A DNA stretch of 42,299 bases from Dehalococcoidia bacterium (GTDB taxonomy: Bacteria; Chloroflexota; Dehalococcoidia; GIF9; AB-539-J10): the NCBI GenBank assembly GCA_046483735.1, contig JAWOCP010000072.1, positions 1 through 42,299 on the forward strand, given 5' to 3'. The position numbers were made by a program, and so were the translations under genes. Positions 18,341 through 26,430 of this stretch are shown in pieces. Under the pieces are notes generated by a model. That model did no database searches and was not told where the DNA came from. It saw nothing but the letters and a program-made list of their open reading frames with translations. Position 1 is the stretch's first letter. Each line of letters starts with the position of its first letter.

Positions 18341-20212
18341 TTGTCCAAACATAGAATGACCAGACGCCAACGCAAGCGTCTTTACCACACTTTGGTACTC
18401 ATAGGAGTGGGTTGTCTCTTTACGCTGGTGGCGTTGCTGATTCAACCATTCTATAGCATCAATCTGTGGTTTTCCGACCAGCTTTTCGCCTCTGAACATC
18501 CTTCTCCCAACATTGTTATCGCCGGTATTGATGATAATACGCTTGCAGCTTATGGTCGGTGGGCAGAGTGGCCACGCAGCCTCCATGCCCAGGCCATCGA
18601 CAACCTAAACCAGGCTGGAGCCAAGGTAATCGGCTTTGATGTCATCTTCACCGATACTTCCACCGATGATGAAATGCTGGCGGCAGCAATAGCCCAAGCG
18701 GACAATGTTGTTCTGGCTGGGGTTGGCACTCAACCTGTCTCACAATCTGGAGCTGTGATTACCTATGATAATTTCCTGTTGCCGGTTGCCTCTTTAGAAC
18801 AGGCTGCCAGCAACATCGGACATGCCAATGTGGTTCCCGACGGCGATGGCACGGTGCGGCGGCTACCGCTGATCGTCGCGTCAAGCTCAGGACAGGTCTA
18901 TCCCTCACTGACCCTGGCTGTGCTTCACAGGCTGTTCTCCATGCCCTTGCCGCAGGAATATGCGATCCAAGACGGCGCCGTTAACCTGTTGGCCCGTGAT
19001 ATTCCCGTTGATGATTCATATTTCCTACGCATCAACTTCTCCGCCGACAATGACGCACGCCCGTATGTCTCTTACGGTGACGTTATCAGCGGCAACTTTG
19101 ACTGGTCGTTAGTCAGGAACAAAATCGTATTGATCGGGATGACCGCTACCGGTGAGCCTGACACTTGGGCTGTCCCCACCTCAGCCAGCAAGATTCCCGG
19201 AGTTTTCATACACGCCTCTGCCATGGATACCATTCTCACACAGCGTTTCTTGATAGAGCCTGGCGTCATCATCACGCTCGTGATTATGCTGCTGCTAGTT
19301 GGCATCACTGCTTTTGCCTTGCCCCGGTGTGGGACCCGGCACTGGACGGATGTGGCAAAGGGAGCGGGAATAACCGTGGGCTTGTTTATCGCTTGCCTGA
19401 TAGCCGCCTTCATTGCTTTCGACAGAGCATATGTTCTAGATCTACTTTACCCCCTGCTGCTGCTACCAGTCATCTATGTCGGTAGCGTTCTTTGCATGGT
19501 CGTTATTGAGCAGTCCGATAAACGGTTTGTCAAGGAGCTTTTCGGTCGGTATATTTCGCCTCAAATAGCCACGGAGATAGTCAGCCGAGCTGATGCTGGG
19601 GAGCTTCGCCTGGGAGGGGAGCAAAGGGAGGTAACTGTGCTCTTTGCGGATATCCGCAATTTCACCATGATAAGCGAGCAGTTATCTCCTGAATCTACAG
19701 TGCAAATGCTCAATGATTATTTGGCAGTTGTGACCGACGCAGTAATACAGCAGGACGGGATAGTTAACAAGTTTGGCGGCGATAATATCATGGCTGTATG
19801 GAACGCGCCACAATCTCAGCCCGAGCACGCATTGCTGGCAGTAAAGGCAGCGTGGGAAGCACAGCAGAAAGTTGCTGAACTACAGCGAAGTGAAAGCCGG
19901 CTGCTCCCGGTGCAATTTGGCATCGGCATCAACACCGGCATGGCCTTAGCCGGCAATATAGGCTCGGTTGGACGCACCGAATACACCGTCATCGGAGACT
20001 CCATTAACATTGCTTCACGCATTTGCAGTAGCGCCCCCGGCGGTGAAATCTGGATTGGTGCTGACACGTATAATAAAACAAAAGACTACATAGAAACCGT
20101 GGGACTCGAGTCACAAAAGCTTAAGGGGAAATCAGCACCAATTGCAGTATATCGAGTAACTGCCTGGCGGCCTGTAGCCCCTCAGAACAACGGTACTTCG
20201 TCGCCCTCCTGA
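18341..20212 (+). CDS. CHASE2-domain class III adenylate cyclase
   Basis: CHASE2 motifs IVIAGIDD, WPRSLHA, GAKVIGFDVIF, DGDGTVRR, NKIVLIG, PGVFIHA; three TM segments. Cyclase motifs VLFADIRNFT, KFGGD, GIGINTG, YTVIGDSINIASR; Lys/Thr indicate ATP specificity. Start may be ATG 18356. Confidence 0.93.
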   Translation: MSKHRMTRRQRKRLYHTLVLIGVGCLFTLVALLIQPFYSINLWFSDQLFASEHPSPNIVIAGIDDNTLAAYGRWAEWPRSLHAQAIDNLNQAGAKVIGFDVIFTDTSTDDEMLAAAIAQADNVVLAGVGTQPVSQSGAVITYDNFLLPVASLEQAASNIGHANVVPDGDGTVRRLPLIVASSSGQVYPSLTLAVLHRLFSMPLPQEYAIQDGAVNLLARDIPVDDSYFLRINFSADNDARPYVSYGDVISGNFDWSLVRNKIVLIGMTATGEPDTWAVPTSASKIPGVFIHASAMDTILTQRFLIEPGVIITLVIMLLLVGITAFALPRCGTRHWTDVAKGAGITVGLFIACLIAAFIAFDRAYVLDLLYPLLLLPVIYVGSVLCMVVIEQSDKRFVKELFGRYISPQIATEIVSRADAGELRLGGEQREVTVLFADIRNFTMISEQLSPESTVQMLNDYLAVVTDAVIQQDGIVNKFGGDNIMAVWNAPQSQPEHALLAVKAAWEAQQKVAELQRSESRLLPVQFGIGINTGMALAGNIGSVGRTEYTVIGDSINIASRICSSAPGGEIWIGADTYNKTKDYIETVGLESQKLKGKSAPIAVYRVTAWRPVAPQNNGTSSPS

Positions 20213-20334
20213 CGTGTCCGTAGACCTGCGAATGGAGCTCTATCGAGACTCGCAATTGATGTCACAATCTGAGTTCCAGTTGAACTGGGCAAGGCTGGGC
20301 TGAACAATCCCGAGTGCTGTATAATTGTTTCCTA

Positions 20335-20685
20335 TCAAGGTATCAGGCCTTCCAGTACTGACCTGTCAGCACCGAAGTGCACGTTATCGCCAATACGAAC
20401 GATGGGTCTGCGGATAAGTCGTGGCTCTTTAAGCATAAGTTCAATGAGTTCGTCATCACTCAGGTTCTCCCTCGACAATCCCAGTTGCTTGAAGCTTGGG
20501 CTTCTGAAGTTTAACATTTCGGAAGCGGACCTGCCCTTGAGCAAATCCCTGATTTCATCCCGCGTAAAAGGGTTCTTGAAGAAATCGCGCTCGTTGATCT
20601 CCACGTCCTTTTGCGAAAGAAACTCTTTCGCTTTGCGACAGGTAGTTCACCTTACCCAGCAGTAGAAGTCCAGCTTCGTAGCCAT
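20335..20685 (-). CDS. ArsC/Spx-family thioredoxin-fold selenoprotein (UxxC), in-frame TGA at 20647..20649
   Basis: AAGGAGG RBS, then MATKLDFYCWVR-U-TTCRKAKEFLSQKDVEINERDFFKNP...EPRLIRRPIV. The TGA sits at the first Cys of the family CxTCRKA motif. Confidence 0.85.
20613..20631 (-). promoter_or_regulatory. Candidate bacterial SECIS hairpin for the UGA at 20649
   Basis: GCGAAAGA-GUU-UCUUUCGC: 8-bp stem starting 15 nt after the UGA, loop begins with GU. Confidence 0.65.
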
Positions 20686-20722
20686 CTGATCATCCTCCTT
20701 TTCCATCGTAATACTGCCATTA

Positions 20723-21124
20723 CTATGATCCATACCATAAGTAATTGATTCTCGGCGTTTCTGCCCACCCATACTTTGAGTAATAACAATAATCCTTGGC
20801 CAATAATGCTGCCCTGTGTGAAGCATGGAACTCTTCAATACCAAGCCACCACGGATAAGCTATCTCGCATCCGGCGAGGTCATATATACCCAGGTTGTTC
20901 CGATAGCCACGCCTGACCCATTCCTCGACCATCACGTTTGAATACAGTTTGAGTGCGTTTTCAAAACCCGTCCACATTCTAACGATTGGGTGATTTGACC
21001 AGCCACTTCCAAGGGTGATCGCGCGTACAATCTGAAATGCCTCCACTCTTTGCTTGCCCAGCCGTTGTCTGTCCAAAACGGCTGCTGATTTATCGAATTC
21101 GGGGTATGGTAGAAACGTCTGCAT
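20723..21124 (-). CDS. Pyrimidine-dimer DNA glycosylase-like (MSMEG_6728-type) protein
   Basis: MQTFLPY..F..SA..LDRQRLGKQRVE..QI, WSNHP, PWWLG..EFHASHRAALL.KD. The track labels it +, but CAT at 21122..21124 and CTA at 20723..20725 show it is on the minus strand. Confidence 0.85.
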   Translation of the reverse strand: MQTFLPYPEFDKSAAVLDRQRLGKQRVEAFQIVRAITLGSGWSNHPIVRMWTGFENALKLYSNVMVEEWVRRGYRNNLGIYDLAGCEIAYPWWLGIEEFHASHRAALLAKDYCYYSKYGWAETPRINYLWYGS

Positions 21125-21283
21125 TTCTGAATATCTTTGCTAGATGAACTATACTGAATATTCTATACGGGTGCCCGTCACCTTTTCCGGAACTGCCGGG
21201 CCACGGGAGTCCTGAATTCACAGTCGAGAACAGATGGCCCCAAGGTTAGCCTCATGATCGATGGAAATATGCAGGAAGGAGCA

Positions 21284-21307
21284 GTGCCCTCTTCACGAGA
21301 GGGTCAC
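21284..21307 (-). promoter_or_regulatory. Candidate SECIS hairpin after the UGA at 21319..21321
   Basis: GUG-A-CCCUCU-CGUGA-AGAGGG-CAC; loop begins 21 nt after the UGA; GU at loop positions 2-3; no poly-U tail. Confidence 0.45.
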
Positions 21308-21462
21308 TTTGCCACCTGTCAGCAGCCGGGTTCGCCGGGATGCCCGCAACAGCGCTGTCGCCTGGCTATCTTTATGGCATTGTTGCGCAGAACAAGGTAG
21401 AGCTTTCTGCGGAGAGGCATCTTAACCGACATATTTGTGAAGATTCCCTGTAGTATTGACAC
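21304..21462 (-). CDS. Unannotated basic, Cys-rich microprotein: 47 aa to TGA 21319, or 52 aa if that UGA is read as Sec
   Basis: AAGGAGG RBS 4 nt before GTG 21462: MSILQGIFTNMSVKMPLRRKLYLVLRNNAIKIARRQRCCGHPGEPGC-(U)-QVAK. Below the size cutoff of the ORF track. Confidence 0.7.
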
Positions 21463-21584
21463 GGTTCCTCCTTACACATCAGGTTGGAGTCCTGTCGTAA
21501 CAACCTGGTTTCTGCGGATTCCCGTTCAGAGTTAGCTGAGTTGCATTGCACATATACTCCTGCAGCTCTTTTGCCACCGCAGCA

Positions 21585-22070
21585 TCAGCAGATAGTGAAT
21601 TTCCGCTTCAACTCAGAGAGTTGCCTGACGTGCGATTTCTCCTCGGCTATGATCTTGTCCACTGTTGACTGTGCTCGCTGAGGCATTATCTCTTTCATCG
21701 TATAGTAGAACAGTATGGAATCCTTCTCGGCGCCTATACCCAGTTCCAGAGCCTTAATATCGCTGTCCGCCCCGGTCGCCATTTTGCTGTTGATCAAGTC
21801 ATCGCTGAAGACAGCAGTGTCAACCAGTGCCTGGACATAAGCAGCATATTCCTCGGTACAGGCCTCTGTGATTTCGTATTTGTCTGCTTCGGTCAACATG
21901 GCCTGGAAGGTCTGAACATGCTCTCTTTCCATATCGGCAAGATACCGAAAGATCCTGCGAGCTTCAGCACTATCGGCTGCATCTGTCAGGACATCGTAAA
22001 AGGCGAGCCCCCTTCTCTCATTACCTATAGCTATGTTGATAAGTTCGCTGGCAGAAAAAGCGACAGACAT
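21585..22070 (-). CDS. Ferritin-like/rubrerythrin-family diiron protein
   Basis: AIGNERRGLAFY, LADMEREH, AEKDSILFY, IAEEKSH (paired ExxH). AAGGAGG RBS. Confidence 0.9.
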   Translation of the reverse strand: MSVAFSASELINIAIGNERRGLAFYDVLTDAADSAEARRIFRYLADMEREHVQTFQAMLTEADKYEITEACTEEYAAYVQALVDTAVFSDDLINSKMATGADSDIKALELGIGAEKDSILFYYTMKEIMPQRAQSTVDKIIAEEKSHVRQLSELKRKFTIC

Positions 22071-22104
22071 TTCTCAATTACCTCCTTGCTTTTATTCAGT
22101 CTGC

Positions 22105-22369
22105 TTGGTTTTGATTTTGCCATTCCATTTCGGCCATTTTATACCGACAAGTAGGGATTTTCACCTCCGACACCCCCCTTAGAACAAGGAGGCTAAGGAG
22201 GGTTATCTCCTTATTCATAACTCCCCTGCCCGCCGACGCCACAGGCTCGCCTGCTGGAGTCATACGGCGAGCAGGCTCAGGCGGGCCAGTCCCTGTCATC
22301 TTAAGAGGGGCAATCTGTAGTTAGACTTCCCCATTATGACCGAGCCCGATGAATCGGGCAACTACGTTT
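22105..22369. repeat. Composite REP/MITE-like element, copy 2, with a nested palindromic insertion of about 60 bp
   Basis: Colinear with 7775..7980. The extra segment 22228..22286 is bounded by gcccgcc/ggcgggc and has an inner gctcgcc/ggcgagc pair. Confidence 0.85.
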
Positions 22370-22541
22370 CTTGGACGGCTTAGTGAATATTGTACGACTT
22401 TGCAGACAATCAAACAAGTTATGCCCGGTGTCTGTGGCGCCGTAACCGCTTCCTATGTCAAAGCATTTGTAAGAATACGCATGGCGCAGGCTGTCCTTGA
22501 AACTTGTCAACGCTCTTCGTGACATATAGAATGGCAAAGAT

Positions 22542-23510
22542 ATGGACGTTTTCCTGGTTACTTTACAGGCTGTATTTGCGCTCCTCGGCATAGGCGTCCT
22601 GGGCTTCTGGATTATCGGTAGGAGACGAGTGCCGTCCGAAACGCTGGCTTTTCTGTCTTCACTGGCCATTGATATAGCCTTACCTTTACTTGTGCTCGGC
22701 AATCTGATATTGAATTTCTCGCCGCAGGAGTATCCGGACTGGTGGCATATGCCGCTCTGGTGGCTGGTTTTTACAGTCGTGGCACTGGCCCTTTCGCTAT
22801 CGGCATCCTTCCTGGTGAGAAAGGAGATCCGTGGTGAGTTCACCATCGGACTCTTCTACCAGAACGGGCTTTTCTTCCCCATATTGATTGTCGGGGGCAT
22901 TTTCGGTCAGGGTAATGCCTATCTGGTGCCGCTGTTTCTGTTCATGATATTTTATCCTTCGATGGTGTTCAGCACATACACCTTGTTCTTCAGAGGGGGC
23001 ATTGACAAGGAAAAGCTAAGCTGCCGCAGAATCGTTAATCCCGTGCTGGTTTCAACTATTGTCGGCCTTATTATCGGCCTTGTCTCCGCCGGGGACTACA
23101 TACCTGATTTCTTCATCACTATCGTCACCATGGTCGGAGCCATTGCCACGCCACTCTTTATGCTGATACTGGGCGGGAACATCTATAACGATTTCATGTG
23201 CAAAGCAGACGATAACAAGAAGAAGTGGTACATCCCGGAAGTTGTCAAGTTCGTCGTGATTAAGAACATTGTCTTCCCGCTGGTTTTTCTCGCCCTGTTA
23301 CTCTGGCTCCGCCCTGATTTCGGTATCGCCCTGATTGTAATACTTCAGGCTGTGGTACCGCCCATTACGGCAATACCTATCCTGGTCGAGCGCTGCGGAG
23401 GGAATCGGAAGATAGCCAGCCAGTTTGTACTTGCTAGTTTCGTGGTCTCCATATTCTCGATCCCGGCATTCATCTTCCTCTTCAACAGGTTTTTCCCTTT
23501 GCCTTTGTGA
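22542..23510 (+). CDS. AEC (auxin efflux carrier/malate permease) family transporter
   Basis: About 10 hydrophobic segments; IALPLL, QNGLFFP, IVNPVL, ATPLFMLILG, KNIVFPL, PPITA. Confidence 0.85.
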   Translation: MDVFLVTLQAVFALLGIGVLGFWIIGRRRVPSETLAFLSSLAIDIALPLLVLGNLILNFSPQEYPDWWHMPLWWLVFTVVALALSLSASFLVRKEIRGEFTIGLFYQNGLFFPILIVGGIFGQGNAYLVPLFLFMIFYPSMVFSTYTLFFRGGIDKEKLSCRRIVNPVLVSTIVGLIIGLVSAGDYIPDFFITIVTMVGAIATPLFMLILGGNIYNDFMCKADDNKKKWYIPEVVKFVVIKNIVFPLVFLALLLWLRPDFGIALIVILQAVVPPITAIPILVERCGGNRKIASQFVLASFVVSIFSIPAFIFLFNRFFPLPL

Positions 23511-23637
23511 TAGCAGGCATCCGGCGCGACAGAGCACTAGAACGGGAGGGCGACAGATTACTCAGAACTCTCCTTGATATGGCCAGTGGTTGACAGGTAC
23601 TATATGAGACGTAGAACTTATGCTGTAATCGGGGCCG

Positions 23638-25029
23638 ATGAATAAGAAGGTAATGGTTATCCTGGCCAACTGCGCCGACATTGATGAAGGCTATGGCTTG
23701 CTGGGCCCGCAGATGGCAGCCACCATTATCCAGGACAATACCGACTATGAGTGTGTGGTAGTAGCTATAGGTCACGATTTTGATAAGGAACGCATCAAGA
23801 AGAACGTATTTCAGGTCTTTGGCAGCGAGAGGTCGATTATTGGCTTCAGCAGCCTAGGAGGTCGTCCTGAGCTGTGGGAGCTGGCCAGGGAGCTGAAGGC
23901 GGAAGGGGCTATAACGATTCTGGGTGGTCCTCAAGCAGACGTCGATTATGCAGGAGAGACAGGTTGGGAACGACATCCTCACCGATTTCCCGGGCTAAGG
24001 GATAGCTTCAGTCTCGCTTTGCAAGGACCTGCTGAGCAGCTAATCCCCTTTATCGATTTTCAGGGCGGAGAGGTGCCTGGTGACATCCCGGGGGCGCTTT
24101 TCACTCAGAATGGCGAATGCCGGATAAATGAGCGGGATAGGTGGAATGGAGATTTTCTTGGGAAGGTCAACTGGGGGAATCTGTACAGGCTGGGCCCATC
24201 GGGACTGGAGCCGGTGTCTGTAACCAGTGCTCAGGTGGTGCAACAGATAGGGTGTCCTTATGCTGCCAGGACGGTTAGGGTCAGCGTTGATTATCCAACT
24301 AACCTGGAAGACGCCCCCTTCGACAAGAGGGGCCAGATATCCCTCAACCTCCGGGGTTGTAGCTTCTGTGATGTCGCCCGGGATAAAGGGTTTGGCGGTA
24401 ATCTACCACTCAACAATGTGCTGGCACAAATAATCAACTTACCCGAGGATGCGGAGGGGACAAAAATCCCCTTTGAGTTGATAAACGAGGCATCACTGGC
24501 CACGCTGCCTGAATTGCTGTCGGCTATCGAACAGCAGGGGCTGAGGATTTCTCAGATGGAGCTGGTCAGCCGGGCCGATTGGCTGATAATGGGCGAAGAG
24601 AAACTCCGCGTTTCCTTGAAGCTGGCCAGGGCCATGAACGCACGTGTCCTTATGTCGGCGGTAGGCTTTGAATCCTTCGCCGACTCTATCTTGAGGAATT
24701 TGAATAAGGGCTATACGGTCGATACAAACCTCTCCGCCATCAGGCTCATGAGGCAGCTAAAGGAAGAGTTCCCGGATAACTGGTTCTATGCGACCGGCGA
24801 CGGGGCAAGCCATGGCTTCATGCACCCCACCCCTTGGGATTCCACGGAGACTGAGCGCGAGACGGGTAGCGTCATATTCGCTTGCGGTCTGAATCGGGAT
24901 ATTCTTCCCAGGCTGAGTATTCCGCTAATTATCCATCACGCCTGCGGGTTGGCCGATTGGATAAGAGAACTGGAGATGGCGGAAGGGATAGCACTGAAGA
25001 GAAGGGGCTCTATTATTGAGTGGTGGTAG
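23638..25029 (+). CDS. Radical SAM-like protein with an N-terminal B12-binding-like domain and a split Cys motif
   Basis: IIGFS, TILGGPQA, GPAE; GCPY-x31-GCSFCD (CX34CX2C); SRAD, VGFESF..ILRNLNKG, PTPWD. Confidence 0.65.
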   Translation: MNKKVMVILANCADIDEGYGLLGPQMAATIIQDNTDYECVVVAIGHDFDKERIKKNVFQVFGSERSIIGFSSLGGRPELWELARELKAEGAITILGGPQADVDYAGETGWERHPHRFPGLRDSFSLALQGPAEQLIPFIDFQGGEVPGDIPGALFTQNGECRINERDRWNGDFLGKVNWGNLYRLGPSGLEPVSVTSAQVVQQIGCPYAARTVRVSVDYPTNLEDAPFDKRGQISLNLRGCSFCDVARDKGFGGNLPLNNVLAQIINLPEDAEGTKIPFELINEASLATLPELLSAIEQQGLRISQMELVSRADWLIMGEEKLRVSLKLARAMNARVLMSAVGFESFADSILRNLNKGYTVDTNLSAIRLMRQLKEEFPDNWFYATGDGASHGFMHPTPWDSTETERETGSVIFACGLNRDILPRLSIPLIIHHACGLADWIRELEMAEGIALKRRGSIIEWW

Positions 25030-25153
25030 GTGATGGGTGCCAAATGGCCTACTGAGCTGCCAATACGTTACACTAACTGGCTGTGTAGGGAAACCGGTCA
25101 TTTGGGGAACGAGCCGCTAGGCAGGAGAAGCGTTCACTTTGGGGACGAATGTG

Positions 25154-25183
25154 TTGATAAAAGAGTGGAGAAAGGGATAAAAT
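25154..25183 (+). promoter_or_regulatory. Possible sigma70 promoter for pfk-fba
   Basis: TTGATA-18 nt-TAAAAT. Confidence 0.45.
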
Positions 25184-25299
25184 TGGAATCGGCTACATAG
25201 CATTGCTGCCCAGTGTCTACCGGTCCTGAGGTGACAGAGGCAAAGCGGTAGCCAATGCAAGCCGGTTCAAGTTACGCGGACAGCAAGGAGGGGCGTCAG

Positions 25300-26430
25300 G
25301 TGCCAGTGAAAAAACGCAGAATAGGTATTCTCAGCGGCGGCGGCGATTGTGCCGGCATAAATCCAGCCATCAAATGGGTGGTGAAAACAGCGATGGATGA
25401 GCGGGTACACAAAGAGAAGGGTATCCACTATGAAGTGTTAGGGATTAAGGATGGGTGGGAGGGACTGGCTCAGCCTGAGCCTTCCCGGGAGTACCTGGTG
25501 TCACTGGACCCGGCGGTGGTAAGAACATGGGACAGATATGGTGGCACCATGCTTGGCACATCTCGAACAAATCCTTATGAACGAGAGCATGACAGTTCAA
25601 AACTGGTGATAAACAATGTCGATAAGCTGGGCATTGACGCCCTGATAGCTATAGGTGGCGACGATACTCTGGGGGTCGCGCACAGGCTGGCTGTAGAGGG
25701 AATAAACGTTATCGGCATTCCCAAAACGATTGACAAGGACCTCTGCGAAACCGAGTATACTCTGGGCTTTGAAACGGCGTTAGAGGTCATTACCCAGGAA
25801 GTCGACCGCTTGAGGACAACTGCCGGCTCTCATAAGAGGATATTTGTTGTGGAGACAATGGGGAGACATGCCGGCTGGCTTGCCCTGGAAGGGGGAGAGT
25901 CCAGCGGAGCCTACATCATCCTTATCCCCGAGTATGACTTCTCTATTGATAAGGTGAATGAACTCGTCCTGGAAGGTCGGCAGGCTGGGACGAGGTACGA
26001 CATTGTTCTGGTTGCTGAAGGGGCTAAACCTGAAGGATATACCGAGTTCACTCGGGAAGTGCGTCTGGATGCCTTCGGTCACAAAGTGCTGGGCGGCATT
26101 GGCGATTTTCTGGCACACGGTATAGAGGATGGCACCGGTCTGGAGACACGCTGTGTTGTGCTCAGCCACCTGCAGCGCGGTGGTGCGCCTTGCGCTTATG
26201 ACCGCCGAATGGGCAGGTACTTCGGGATTGCTGCGGTCGACCTGGTCCATGCCAGAGAATTCGGCAAGATGGTCTGCTACAGGGATGGACGGATTACAGC
26301 CTGCCCGCTGGACAAAGTTGTCGGCAGGCTAAAGCAGGTTGATGTCAGCACACTATACGACGTTGAAAGATATAACGGGCGCCGGACTATTCTGACTGAG
26401 TCCTGCTCAACCGAAAAGGAGGGAGACTGA
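25300..26430 (+). CDS. pfkA: 6-phosphofructokinase (PfkA family) with PPi-type signature
   Basis: SGGGDCAGIN, GGTMLGTSR, IGGDD, PKTIDKD, ETMGRHAGW, HLQRGG. AAGGAGG RBS before GTG 25300. Confidence 0.92.
   Translation: MPVKKRRIGILSGGGDCAGINPAIKWVVKTAMDERVHKEKGIHYEVLGIKDGWEGLAQPEPSREYLVSLDPAVVRTWDRYGGTMLGTSRTNPYEREHDSSKLVINNVDKLGIDALIAIGGDDTLGVAHRLAVEGINVIGIPKTIDKDLCETEYTLGFETALEVITQEVDRLRTTAGSHKRIFVVETMGRHAGWLALEGGESSGAYIILIPEYDFSIDKVNELVLEGRQAGTRYDIVLVAEGAKPEGYTEFTREVRLDAFGHKVLGGIGDFLAHGIEDGTGLETRCVVLSHLQRGGAPCAYDRRMGRYFGIAAVDLVHAREFGKMVCYRDGRITACPLDKVVGRLKQVDVSTLYDVERYNGRRTILTESCSTEKEGD

Noticed and set aside
20723-21124. Plus-strand assignment given in the ORF track
   Set aside because: The listed protein is encoded by the reverse complement (CAT at 21122..21124); I annotated it on the minus strand.
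21373-21587. Sec read-through of the ferritin-like stop (TGC-TGA-TGC-TGC, 'CUCC') with an open frame of about 70 codons
   Set aside because: The ferritin fold is already complete, there is no hairpin at proper SECIS distance, and the extension would overlap the RBS-supported microprotein. Homolog alignment would settle it.
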